From Kofleriaceae bacterium (GTDB lineage Bacteria > Myxococcota_A > Polyangia > Haliangiales > Haliangiaceae): DNA of 64,000 nucleotides. Every line of letters begins with the position of its first letter. Within the stretch, counting starts at the first letter, position 1. A model generated the notes under the pieces. It did no database searches. It saw nothing but the letters and a program-made list of their open reading frames with translations, and had not been told where the DNA came from. The translations under genes were made by a program, and so were the position numbers. The stretch covers positions 20,989 through 84,988 of the forward strand of contig JAYVLQ010000093.1 of assembly GCA_043759355.1 (NCBI GenBank), read 5' to 3'. This document shows, piece by piece, positions 46,396-55,366 of the stretch.

Positions 46396-47724
46396 ATGGA
46401 GCGGACTCTTCAACCGTCGGTGCCCACCATGACCGCCCTGACCCCCGGCTCGCCAACCAGGGCTTATCGCCATTATGTCCTGGCGATCCTGGTGGTCGTC
46501 TACACGATGAACTTCGTCGATCGACAGATCCTCGCGATCCTCGGGCCTTCGGTCATCAAAGAGTTCACGCTGACCGATTCGCAGTTCGGCTTGATGTACG
46601 GCACCGCGTTCGCGTTGCTCTACACCACGCTCGCACTGCCGATCGCGTGGTTCGCGGATCGCAGCTCGCGCCGTAACATCATGTCGGTCGCGGTGCTCGT
46701 GTGGAGCGCTTTCACCGCGCTGTGCGGAGTCACGCACTCGTTCACCCAGATCTTTCTCGCGCGTGTCGGCGTCGGCGTCGGTGAGGCCGGTGGCGTCGCA
46801 CCCGCCTACTCGTTCATCGCGGACTACTTCCCGAAGTCGCAGCGTGCGCGCGCTCTCTCGGTTTACTCGCTCGGCATCCCGCTCGGCAGCGCGTTCGGGA
46901 TCTTGTTCGGCGGCTTGATCGCGCATGCCTTGAGCTGGCGCTGGGCGTTCGTGCTCGTCGGTGGTGTCGGCGTGCTCGTCGCCCCGATCTTCCGCCTCAC
47001 CGTGCGCGATCCCAAGCGCGGCGGCTACGAGACCTCGGCGGTCCTCGCCGACGCACCGGCCGCAGTCACGGCCACGCCTCCGTCGCTGCTCGAGGTGTTC
47101 CGCATCGTCTCGAAGAAGTCCTCGTTCTGGCTTCTCTCGTTCGGCGCCGCGGCGTCTTCGGTGTGCGGCTACGGCGTGGCCGGTTGGCTGCCGAGCTTTT
47201 TCAAGCGCAGCCTCCACCTCGGTGATGTCGATCGCGCCTGGTACTACGCCGGCATCACGCTGATCGGCGGCTGCCTCGGCGTCCTCGGCGGCGGCATCCT
47301 CGCCGACCGCGCGGGCAAGGCGAGCAAGCGCGCGTATCCGATCATCCCCGCGCTCGCCTTCCTCGTCTCGCTACCGTGCTTCTTCCTCGCGATGAACACC
47401 TCGTCGCTGGTGGTCGCGTTCCCGCTGTTCCTGATCCCGACCGGCCTCAACCTGATGTGGCTCGGCCCGATCATCACGGCGGTGCAGCACCTCGTGCCCG
47501 CTCACATGCGCACGACCGCCTCGGCGATGTTCCTGCTCATCAACAACCTGCTCGGCATCGCCGTCGGTCTCTGGTACTTCGGCTTCATCTCGGACAAGCT
47601 CAAGCCGCACTTCGGTGACGAGTCGCTGCGCTACGCGCTCTACACGGGCCTGGGCTTCTATCTGGTCTCGTCCGCGCTGTTCCTGCTGGCCTCGCGCAAG
47701 CTCACCAAGCACTGGGTTGAATAG
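46396..47724 (+). CDS. MFS transporter
   Basis: Start chosen at MERTLQPS (alternative Met at 46429). NFVDRQILAILGPS, WFADRSSRRN (motif A-like), LARVGVGVGEAG, 12-TM pattern. Confidence 0.85.
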   Translation: MERTLQPSVPTMTALTPGSPTRAYRHYVLAILVVVYTMNFVDRQILAILGPSVIKEFTLTDSQFGLMYGTAFALLYTTLALPIAWFADRSSRRNIMSVAVLVWSAFTALCGVTHSFTQIFLARVGVGVGEAGGVAPAYSFIADYFPKSQRARALSVYSLGIPLGSAFGILFGGLIAHALSWRWAFVLVGGVGVLVAPIFRLTVRDPKRGGYETSAVLADAPAAVTATPPSLLEVFRIVSKKSSFWLLSFGAAASSVCGYGVAGWLPSFFKRSLHLGDVDRAWYYAGITLIGGCLGVLGGGILADRAGKASKRAYPIIPALAFLVSLPCFFLAMNTSSLVVAFPLFLIPTGLNLMWLGPIITAVQHLVPAHMRTTASAMFLLINNLLGIAVGLWYFGFISDKLKPHFGDESLRYALYTGLGFYLVSSALFLLASRKLTKHWVE

Positions 47725-47736
47725 CTGCGATGCAGC
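47724..47736. promoter_or_regulatory. Inverted repeat GCTGC-GAT-GCAGC (contains CTGC-N3-GCAG)
   Basis: Read directly. It begins at the last base of the MFS stop codon, about 100 nt upstream of the phasin start. Confidence 0.5.
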
Positions 47737-47765
47737 AACTTTTTAAATTTCTCGTCGCTGAGTAT

Positions 47766-47782
47766 TTTGTGCAATGCACAAA
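47766..47782. promoter_or_regulatory. Perfect 17-bp palindrome TTTGTGCAATGCACAAA (TGC-N3-GCA core), abutting the -35
   Basis: Read directly, 8-1-8 symmetry. Confidence 0.55.
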
Positions 47783-47789
47783 TTTGGTC

Positions 47790-47818
47790 TTGACGACCCC
47801 CGGCATCGAACGTAAGGT
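47790..47818 (+). promoter_or_regulatory. Sigma70-like promoter TTGACG-N17-TAAGGT for the phasin gene
   Basis: TTGACG 47790-47795 and TAAGGT 47813-47818, then AAGGAG 47829-47834 and ATG 47837. Confidence 0.5.
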
Positions 47819-47836
47819 GGGGACACTCAAGGAGCC

Positions 47837-48163
47837 ATGCCTATGTCGACCGATACCAAGAACCAGCCTCCCGTCACCGCCACCCCCTCGATGCAGAACC
47901 CGTTCGTCGGATTTGACCCGATGACCGCCTGGGCGCAGGGCCAAGCCCAGATGCAGCAGATGATGGCGGACGCGTTCGGCCGCATGGCGTCGTTCGCGAC
48001 CGAGTACGCCTCGATGGAGTCGCAGTTCGTCGCCAAGGCGCAGGACGCGATGAAGAACTTCGCGCAGCTCTCGGCCGACGCGCTCGCGAATGGTGCGCAG
48101 CTCTCGACGCAGGCCCGCAAGGTCGGCCTCGAGAACGCGAAGAAGCTCTCGAACCTCGCGTAG
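47837..48163 (+). CDS. Phasin-like small helical protein
   Basis: 108 aa, Ala/Gln/Met-rich with predicted helices. Strong RBS and promoter with PhaR-type palindromes. The assignment rests mainly on context. Confidence 0.6.
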   Translation: MPMSTDTKNQPPVTATPSMQNPFVGFDPMTAWAQGQAQMQQMMADAFGRMASFATEYASMESQFVAKAQDAMKNFAQLSADALANGAQLSTQARKVGLENAKKLSNLA

Positions 48164-48176
48164 TTCGTCCTGGCAC

Positions 48177-48245
48177 GCGCCAGATCCGGCTGCCCATGCG
48201 TGGCGCTTTGATGCGCCAGACACGCATGGGCATCTGGCGTTTCGG
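48177..48245 (+). terminator. Long imperfect hairpin downstream of the phasin gene
   Basis: GCGCCAGAT (48177-85) pairs with ATCTGGCGt (48232-40). GCCCATGCGTG (48192-202) pairs with CACGCATGGGC (48221-31). Inner pair GGCGC/GCGCC. Followed by TTTCGG. Confidence 0.5.
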
Positions 48246-48338
48246 CTCAGGTCGTCCAGCACCAGAGACCGACATCGTGAGCGCTTAGCCGCATATTTCG
48301 GCGATGAAAATCGTGTACTTACGTGATAAGACACGGGC

Positions 48339-49637
48339 ATGGCTTCGGGGATTTTTGCGGCACCAGCGGGTTTCCGCGATAGCCCCACCCGTCCGCTGAG
48401 CCACGGCGAGGTGGTCGCTTCGACCTACGCTATCCGCGACGAGATCAGCCGCACCGACACCGGCATCGTGTTCGAAGCACGCGACATGCTGCTCGACCGC
48501 TCGGTCGCGTTCAAGCTCGCGTGGCGCGACCCGGGGTTTCCGTCGCTGCTCGCCGAAGCGCGGCGCTGCGCGGCCGTGCGCGACCCGTGCGCGGTGCAGG
48601 TCCACGGCATGGGCGTCCACAACGGCGCCGAGTACGTCGTCGGCGAGCGCGTCGAAGGTCACCTGCTACGCGACGAGCTGATCCGACCCCTCGCAGCCGA
48701 GGTCTTCCTCGCGCGATTGCGAACGCTGATCGCCGCGGTCACACGCGCGCATGATGGCGGCATCGCGGTCGGTGACATCTCGGGATCGACCGTGATGGTC
48801 GATCCGGGCGCGCGCTCGAACGGCGGCATCAGCGACCGCTTGGTCCTGGGCCGGCTGTCGCTGTCGCAGATTCCAGCGTTCGGTCCGCACGGTCGGATCA
48901 TGGCTCCGGAGGTCGTGCGCGGTGACGTCGAACCCGGAGATCCAGCGGCGGCCGAAGCGATCGATCTCTACGGTCTCGGGTGCGTCGCGATCGAGATGGC
49001 GTCCGGTGCGCCTCCCTTTGCCGATGACGATCCGATGGTCGAAGCACGCGGCCATGCCTCGGCGCCGTCACCGCGGATCACGGATCTGCGCCCTGACTTG
49101 CCGAGCGAGGTTTCGGACATTGTCGATTGGTTGCTCGCCAAGGCGCCCGCGGCGCGTCCACGCTCGGCGGGCGACGTGTTGCTCCAGCTCGAAGCGATCA
49201 CCGAACGGCTCGGCCATCGCAGCCGCACGCTGCGGATCCTGATCGTCGATGACGATACGGCACGTGCGCGCTGGCTGTGGAGCCTCGCTCGCCGCGCGCA
49301 TCCGGCCGCCGCGGTCGAGATCGCGAGCGAAGGCACCGATGCGGCGCACAAGCTCAATCGCGACCAACCCGACCTCGTATTCGTCGATGCGGCGCTGCGC
49401 GGGGTGATGAACGCGCTCGAGCTCTGCATGTACGCTCGCGGCCTCGAAGGTGGGGGGCGCAGCCAGATGGTGATGGTCGGCTCGGTCGGTGAGCGCGACA
49501 AGGCGCTGTTTGCCGAGGCATCGGTACACTTTATCCCCGATGACGCCGCGCTCCCGAACGCGATCCTCGAGCGGGTTCGCCAGGCGTTCACCGAGGCCCC
49601 GCGTGTTCGCAAAACGCGCGTCACGGTCTCGGGTTAA
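48339..49637 (+). CDS. Degenerate protein-kinase (pseudokinase-like) domain fused to a C-terminal receiver (REC) domain
   Basis: VAFKLAW (Lys kept). HDGGIAVGDISGSTV stands in place of H-GIVHRDLKPxN. No DFG. APE kept (IMAPEV). C-terminus RILIVDDD...PDLVFVDAAL...MVMVGS. Confidence 0.75.
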   Translation: MASGIFAAPAGFRDSPTRPLSHGEVVASTYAIRDEISRTDTGIVFEARDMLLDRSVAFKLAWRDPGFPSLLAEARRCAAVRDPCAVQVHGMGVHNGAEYVVGERVEGHLLRDELIRPLAAEVFLARLRTLIAAVTRAHDGGIAVGDISGSTVMVDPGARSNGGISDRLVLGRLSLSQIPAFGPHGRIMAPEVVRGDVEPGDPAAAEAIDLYGLGCVAIEMASGAPPFADDDPMVEARGHASAPSPRITDLRPDLPSEVSDIVDWLLAKAPAARPRSAGDVLLQLEAITERLGHRSRTLRILIVDDDTARARWLWSLARRAHPAAAVEIASEGTDAAHKLNRDQPDLVFVDAALRGVMNALELCMYARGLEGGGRSQMVMVGSVGERDKALFAEASVHFIPDDAALPNAILERVRQAFTEAPRVRKTRVTVSG

Positions 49638-49667
49638 CCACGCGCCGGATCGCGCGTCTTAGCGGGC

Positions 49668-49973
49668 ATGAAGCTCGCCGCCGTCCTCGCCGCGCTCGTC
49701 TCGCTCGTCTCGCTCGCTGGAGCCGCCCCCGCCGATGATGGCGCACCGCAACACCCGACTCGTGAACAGCGCATGGAGCGCAAGCAGCGGCGAATGGAGC
49801 GCCGTGCGCGGCGGATCCAGAGCGTGATCCGCAAGTATGATCTGAACCATGACGGCGTCGTCGATCGCAGCGAGCTACCACCGCGGCTCGCCGCGAGGAT
49901 GCAGAAGCTCGATCGCAACCACGATGGCTGGGTCGATGCCGCGGATCTAAACGCGCCGGCGCCGCATCGCTAG
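49668..49973 (+). CDS. Secreted EF-hand protein (two Ca-binding loops)
   Basis: Signal MKLAAVLAALVSLVSLAGAAPA. Loops DLNHDGVVDRSE and DRNHDGWVDAAD. Confidence 0.7.
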   Translation: MKLAAVLAALVSLVSLAGAAPADDGAPQHPTREQRMERKQRRMERRARRIQSVIRKYDLNHDGVVDRSELPPRLAARMQKLDRNHDGWVDAADLNAPAPHR

Positions 49974-52883
49974 CAGGATCACGCCGAGGCCAAGCACGAG
50001 CGAGCCGCTACCGCCGCTCGCCGAGCAGCAACCGCCGGTATCGATCGCGATGACCTTGCAGGTCGCCGAGCAGGTGTCGGTCGCGGAACCTTGGTCGCAC
50101 TCTTCACCGACGTCGACGATACCGTCGCCGCAGGCGGGCAGCTTGCAGTAGGTCCGGCACTTGTTGGGCAAATCCGCGTTGGCAGAGCCTTCGTCGCAGC
50201 TCTCGGTGTTGGTCTTCACACCGTCGCCGCAGATCGAATTCGGGTTCGCGACGACGCAGACATCGTCGATCTGCCAGCCACCGAGGTTCAGGCCTTCATC
50301 GGAAACCAGCGACCACCGCACGTTCAACGTGTGGCCAAAGAACGCGGGCGTCAGCGACACGTCCTGGAACCGCCACTCTTTATCGATGTGATGGGTCGAG
50401 CTCGAGTCGCCGATGTTTGCGGTGTAGTTGACCCAGGTCTGCGCGCCGTTCGCCTGGATCGTCGCCTTGTCGTAGTGGCTATCCTCGACCGCGAGCCAGC
50501 GGCGATATTGCAAGCGCACGTCAGTGTACCGACCAACGTCGACCGGCGGCATCTGCAACCACGAGCTCGTCGTCGGGGCGTAGTCGCCGTCGAGGACCTG
50601 CGCGATGATCTTGCCGCCCGAGAACGCGGCGTGCGGATCGGTCGCGCCGCCGGTCGGAGTGCCCCACGCCCACGTGGTCGCGAGCGGCATGCCCTTCGTC
50701 GTCACGCTGCTGGTCCAGCCGCTCGCGAACGGATCTTCGGACTCGAAGTCGGTGCAGTACAGCTTCACGACGTGGCCCGTGTAGGTCTGGTAGTACGGAT
50801 CGCCGAGATTGTCGGGAAGCGTGAACACCGAGCCGTCGGCGAACCCGACCTGCGCCTGGTACTTCATCACGCCATACGGGGCGAGCGGCAGCTGCGCGAA
50901 GAACTGATTCGCGGCATTACCCGTCGCGGTGACCGAGCCATCGACCGGATCGCCGTTGACGATGCCGGCATAGGCGAGCTTGGTGTCGCCGAGAGCATCG
51001 CCGGTGCAGCGCTCGCTGAGGCCGGCAACCGAGATCACGATGCCGACCGAGAGGACGTCGTCGTCGATCTCGCCGGGCGCGTTCACGGTGCCGGTGACCG
51101 AGCGCAGGCCGTGCGCGCCGTAGCTGTTACGGATCGCACACTCGTTCGGCGTGCCATCCGTGAGGTCGCCGTTGTCGTCGTCCGCCGCGAGGACCGCGAG
51201 CAGGCTCGTCGGGATATCGACCGAGCGGCGCAACGCTCCGACATAGAGCTTGTTCGCGAGGACGACACCATCGACGTCGCCGAGCTTGCTGATGAAGGCC
51301 TTGCGGAGGTCCCACAGCGTGCCGCCGATGATCATGCCGGTGTGGTGGATCTCGCCGATGTCGATCGGCCAGCGCCATTCATGGTCGGGTGGATCGAGCT
51401 CGCGCAGCGCCGCATCGGTGTAGAAGAAGCCGCGGCCCATACCGGAATCGCCGGTGATGCTGACCGCGAGAAAATCGGCGACCCCTTCGCTCATCGCGCC
51501 GTCGAACGACCCGACGCCGTTGATGATCTCGGCGGTGTGCACGCGGTGACCGTACTCGTGGAACACCACGTCCTGGATGAGGGCGGTGTTCTCGCACATC
51601 GCGGTGGCGTGGAAGAAGTTGAGCGCCGCGCCATCGAAGAAGGCGTTGCAATCCTGCGCGAGGTTGACGTTGACCTTGATCACGTCCTCGAGCGTCAGCA
51701 TCTGCGCGTCGACATGTGCGCGCACGTACTGCTTCGCGAGGTTCGCGTTGATGTACGCGTTGACCTGCGCATCGTTTGGCTTTGCATCGGCCGAGCCGCC
51801 GCCGCTCGCATCCCAGATCGTTGTGCTGCCCGGATCGATCGCGAATTCGCCGAGCGCCAGACCCTCGATCGCGTCGACGATCGTGACCTTGTCACCGTCC
51901 GTGGTGGTCTCGAGTGCGATCGAGCCATCGCCCCAGCTGATCGTGCCGTCTTCACCCGTGGTCTGCGGCGCACCCGCGACCGTGACGTGCGCGCTGACCG
52001 CCGGGTAGTCCTTGCGACCTCGACCGGGATAGCGATCGGTGCCGTGATACCGCACGGTCCCGGTCGCGTACTCGTTGAGCTGGTGGATCGCGATCACGTC
52101 GCCGCTCGTCGGATCGACGTACGCCTGATAGCGGCCCTCGGCGCCACCATCGATCGTGAACGGCGAGACCAGGCGATAGCCCATCACCGCGGCATCGCCG
52201 ATCAGCGGCAGCACGACATCGTCGCCATTGGCGACCACCGGTGCTTGCGGCAGCGTCACGGCATCACGAATCGTGACGGTCGCGCGCGGGCCGAGCAGGT
52301 CCGGCGCGAGCCGGCTGCGGGTGGTCGAGAACGAGATGTACGGCAGCGCCTGCGACGAGATCACGAACAGATGATCGTTCTCGAACCAGAAGCTGAGCTG
52401 CGCACCGACCACGCGATGACCGCTCGCGTATTGCGCGAACGCGACGGTGCGAATGTGGCCGTCATCGGTGTTCGAGACGAGCTGGAAATCCGCGACGCTC
52501 GCTCCGGGCGCTAGCAGGGCGAGCTGATCCGCGAGCATCGAGCGCGCGGCGGCCAAGCCGATCGCGGCGTTCGCATTCGCGTGCGCGATCGTGACGCCGC
52601 GGCCCCAGATCTGGCGGGGCACGCCGGTCGCTGGATCCCACGTTGCTTCCCAGTGACCCTTCGCGGCGAGCGCCATCCACGCGACCGGAGGTCGCGCGAC
52701 CGAGACCAGTGGTGTGCTCGTGCGCAGGGGCTTCGCGAGTTGAGCGGCCGGCATCGCAGTCAGCGTGTCAGCGACAATCCGAGTGGCGGGCTGCGTGGTG
52801 CTGCGTGGCGTGGTGGCGCCGGCCACCGTGGGGAGCAACGCAACGCAGGCAAGGAGGAGGAGCCTGCGAACCCGTACGACCAT
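49947..52883 (-). CDS. Secreted gluzincin metalloprotease (M36 fungalysin / M4 thermolysin-like) with Cys-rich repeats and MYXO-CTERM tail
   Basis: Trimmed to MVVRVRRLLLLACVALLPTVAGA (52881-52883). VVFHEYGHRVH plus MSEGVADF. C-terminal CGDGVKTNTESCDEG / CGDGIVDVGEECDQG repeats. Tail TGGCCSASGGSGSLVLGLGVILLAMRRRRV. Confidence 0.85.
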   Translation of the reverse strand: MVVRVRRLLLLACVALLPTVAGATTPRSTTQPATRIVADTLTAMPAAQLAKPLRTSTPLVSVARPPVAWMALAAKGHWEATWDPATGVPRQIWGRGVTIAHANANAAIGLAAARSMLADQLALLAPGASVADFQLVSNTDDGHIRTVAFAQYASGHRVVGAQLSFWFENDHLFVISSQALPYISFSTTRSRLAPDLLGPRATVTIRDAVTLPQAPVVANGDDVVLPLIGDAAVMGYRLVSPFTIDGGAEGRYQAYVDPTSGDVIAIHQLNEYATGTVRYHGTDRYPGRGRKDYPAVSAHVTVAGAPQTTGEDGTISWGDGSIALETTTDGDKVTIVDAIEGLALGEFAIDPGSTTIWDASGGGSADAKPNDAQVNAYINANLAKQYVRAHVDAQMLTLEDVIKVNVNLAQDCNAFFDGAALNFFHATAMCENTALIQDVVFHEYGHRVHTAEIINGVGSFDGAMSEGVADFLAVSITGDSGMGRGFFYTDAALRELDPPDHEWRWPIDIGEIHHTGMIIGGTLWDLRKAFISKLGDVDGVVLANKLYVGALRRSVDIPTSLLAVLAADDDNGDLTDGTPNECAIRNSYGAHGLRSVTGTVNAPGEIDDDVLSVGIVISVAGLSERCTGDALGDTKLAYAGIVNGDPVDGSVTATGNAANQFFAQLPLAPYGVMKYQAQVGFADGSVFTLPDNLGDPYYQTYTGHVVKLYCTDFESEDPFASGWTSSVTTKGMPLATTWAWGTPTGGATDPHAAFSGGKIIAQVLDGDYAPTTSSWLQMPPVDVGRYTDVRLQYRRWLAVEDSHYDKATIQANGAQTWVNYTANIGDSSSTHHIDKEWRFQDVSLTPAFFGHTLNVRWSLVSDEGLNLGGWQIDDVCVVANPNSICGDGVKTNTESCDEGSANADLPNKCRTYCKLPACGDGIVDVGEECDQGSATDTCSATCKVIAIDTGGCCSASGGSGSLVLGLGVILLAMRRRRV

Positions 52884-52997
52884 GCTCAAATTAGACCCGA
52901 TCTCGGGCCGATCGCGAAGCGATCCGCGTAACCGATGCTGACCGACCGAGATGCGCAACCTGCCTCGGCGCTCCGCCCCGAGTGCGAGGCGTCAACG

Positions 52998-54002
52998 CTA
53001 GCCCAGCAGGACGTCGCGCATCGCCTCGCGCTGGCTGCGCACGTCGTGCGCGAGCGCGAGCTGGCCCTGCGAACGAATCAGGTTGTGCTCGCGGCGCGAG
53101 GCGAAGCGCTGCGGATCCCAGCCGAAATAGCAATCCTCGAACACGTCGATACAGAACCGAGCCGCGAGCTCTACGCACACGGTCTCGAGCCCGGTCGCGA
53201 TCGAGGCGCGCTCGGCCTCGGTCACGATCGGATCCGCGATCCGCCGGAACCCCGTGATCGCGGCCGCAAAGTTCGCGAGCTCGAACTTCACGCGCCCCGC
53301 GTCTTCGCCATGTGGGTTGCACCACGAGCGCATCGCATCGCCGAGCTCGAACGCGAGCGTGCCCTTCGCGAGCGTATCGAGATCGACGAGCGCGGCACCG
53401 CGAACCGGATCGGTGTGGAACAACAAGTTCGAGATCTTGAGATCACCGTGAACGTGGCGCAGCGGCTGATCGCCGAGGACCGGGATCTCGGTCGCGAGGA
53501 TCTCGTGCGCGAGTCGCAGCCACGCCGAATCGCCCGCGCCGCTCGCGAGCTCGCGCAAGCGCTGCAGATGATGCGCGGTATCGTGCACGCCGCCGCGCGT
53601 GAATCGATACTCGTAGTGGAGATCCGCGACCGCGCGGTGGAACCGCCCGACAAGCTCGCCTCCTGCTTCGGCCCAGCTCGGATCGGGAACCGCCGCGATC
53701 GTGATCCCATCGACCCAGCTCGTCGCACGCCACACGCCTTCGTGCTCGACGCACTGTCGCTGATCGAGCGTGTGGATCAAGCGCGGCGTGGCCAGGCCGC
53801 GCGCCGCGAGGTGCGTGGTCACCGCATCGAGATCGAGGTTCACGTCGGCGTTGAAGATGGGATGCAGGCGCTGGAGCACCGCGATCGGACGCCCCGCTTC
53901 ACGTACCGCGTAAGTGGCGTTTATGAGGCCGCCGGAAAGCGGTGCGATCTGATCGATCGACCATCCCCACGCGCTCGCGACGGCGACCGGAATCGCGGCC
54001 AC
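52998..54002 (-). CDS. Aminoglycoside-phosphotransferase-fold (APH/ChoK family) kinase
   Basis: GTG 54000-54002 overlaps the FKBP stop (TAGTG). LSGGLINATYAV, HVHGDLKISNLLF, LVDLD. The upstream part of ORF 52998..54692 is antisense/out-of-frame to the FKBP gene. Confidence 0.8.
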   Translation of the reverse strand: MAAIPVAVASAWGWSIDQIAPLSGGLINATYAVREAGRPIAVLQRLHPIFNADVNLDLDAVTTHLAARGLATPRLIHTLDQRQCVEHEGVWRATSWVDGITIAAVPDPSWAEAGGELVGRFHRAVADLHYEYRFTRGGVHDTAHHLQRLRELASGAGDSAWLRLAHEILATEIPVLGDQPLRHVHGDLKISNLLFHTDPVRGAALVDLDTLAKGTLAFELGDAMRSWCNPHGEDAGRVKFELANFAAAITGFRRIADPIVTEAERASIATGLETVCVELAARFCIDVFEDCYFGWDPQRFASRREHNLIRSQGQLALAHDVRSQREAMRDVLLG

Positions 54003-55345
54003 TACGGGTGGTGCGGCGGCGGCGGCGACGGTGGCGGTGGCGGTGGCGGCGGATGATCGGCAGCGCCCGGGCTCGCAAGCGCCGGCGCCTTGATCTCGAC
54101 GAGCTCGATGTCGAACACGAGCATGCCTTGCGGCCGACCGGGAGCGCCCTTGTAGGCGAGCTCGTCCGGGATCCAGAACCGATACTTGTCGCCGATCGAC
54201 ATCAGCGGCACGCCATCCGTCCACCCAGCGACGACGCCTTGCAAACTGAACTCCGCCGGCGTGCCGCGCATCGTCGACGAATCGAACATTCTCCCGTCCG
54301 TGGTCCAGCCCGTGTAGTTGAGCTTGACGGTATCGGTCGGCTTTGGCTTGGGACCTCCCTTGCCAGCCTTCAGCACCTTGTAGAAGGTGCCCTTCGGCGT
54401 CTTCGAGGCATCGCCCGGCGGCTTCGCGACGTCGGGCGGCGTGGGCGGCGGGGCAACCCCTGGCTCGATCGTGATCACTTCGATCTCGTAGCAAACCGGA
54501 CCCGTCGGCGCGCCCGGCGCAGGCTTGCCATTCTGGGCCATCTTCTCGCCCGTGCTCCACACGCGCAGGCGCTCGCCGGAGGTCATCTGCGTGAGCACCT
54601 CCTCGAGGGCCGCGGACTGGCGATACGGCGCGATCTTCGACGGTCGCTTCTTGGTCTCGGTCGTCTCGAACATCCGGCCCGTGGTGTCCCACGCGGTGAA
54701 GTTATACGTGACGGTGTCGTAGAACTTCGCCTTCTCGGCGCCGGTGCCGGGACGAACGACGATGAACTTCAAGCCACCCTTTGTAATCTCCGCTGTCGCG
54801 GGTGCCGCGGCGACATCCGCCGGCACGGCTGGCGCCGGGCGAATCTCGACGATCTCCATCTGGTAAACGAGCGTCTCGGGCGCGCTGCCCTTGTGCTCGT
54901 CCTTGTAACCGATCGATGGCGGCACCCAGAGCACGGCCTTCTCGCCGGTCTTCAATAGCTGCATCGCCTCGGTGAACGCCGCGGCGGTCGTCGACAGGTT
55001 CAGCATCATCGGCTGACCCTTGGATTGGTTCGTGAAGAACGTCTCGCCGGTCGCGGGCTTCCAGCCAGTGTAGTTGACCATCACGGTGTCATTGCGCTTC
55101 GGCGATTGGCCGGCGGCGTTCAAGACGAGCTTCTTGTAGATCAACCCCGACGTCGTCTTCACGGCATCGGCCGGCGGGGTCTTGAGATCGAACGGAGGGG
55201 GCACCTGCTCCACTTTGAATGCCGCGCCGCTACCGGTCTTGAGAGGCGCCGGCGTATCGGACTTCTTGTCGGCGCTCTTATGACATCCACACAGGAGTGC
55301 GACCGCGATGAATGCTCCGAAACCACGCATATACGCGCGGAACAT
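54002..55345 (-). CDS. Lipoprotein with three FKBP-type peptidyl-prolyl isomerase domains and a poly-Pro C-terminus
   Basis: Lipobox ALLCGC. Three repeats of the ...V.Y.GW..G..F... pattern ending in LVF/Y.IE... Tail HPPPPPPPPSPPPPHHP. Confidence 0.85.
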   Translation of the reverse strand: MFRAYMRGFGAFIAVALLCGCHKSADKKSDTPAPLKTGSGAAFKVEQVPPPFDLKTPPADAVKTTSGLIYKKLVLNAAGQSPKRNDTVMVNYTGWKPATGETFFTNQSKGQPMMLNLSTTAAAFTEAMQLLKTGEKAVLWVPPSIGYKDEHKGSAPETLVYQMEIVEIRPAPAVPADVAAAPATAEITKGGLKFIVVRPGTGAEKAKFYDTVTYNFTAWDTTGRMFETTETKKRPSKIAPYRQSAALEEVLTQMTSGERLRVWSTGEKMAQNGKPAPGAPTGPVCYEIEVITIEPGVAPPPTPPDVAKPPGDASKTPKGTFYKVLKAGKGGPKPKPTDTVKLNYTGWTTDGRMFDSSTMRGTPAEFSLQGVVAGWTDGVPLMSIGDKYRFWIPDELAYKGAPGRPQGMLVFDIELVEIKAPALASPGAADHPPPPPPPPSPPPPHHP

Positions 55346-55366
55346 ACGGCGGCCGGTTCGCGAACG

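Noticed and set aside
46141-47217. 358-aa minus-strand ORF
   Set aside because: It is antisense to the MFS transporter and is Arg/Glu/Asp-rich nonsense.
50091-52514. 807-aa plus-strand ORF
   Set aside because: It is antisense to the M36/M4-like protease gene and has Arg/Asp/Val-rich low-information sequence.
54005-54052. GGC/GGT-rich simple repeat
   Set aside because: It is the coding sequence (minus strand) for the PPPPPPPPSPPPP tail of the FKBP lipoprotein, not a non-coding microsatellite or array.
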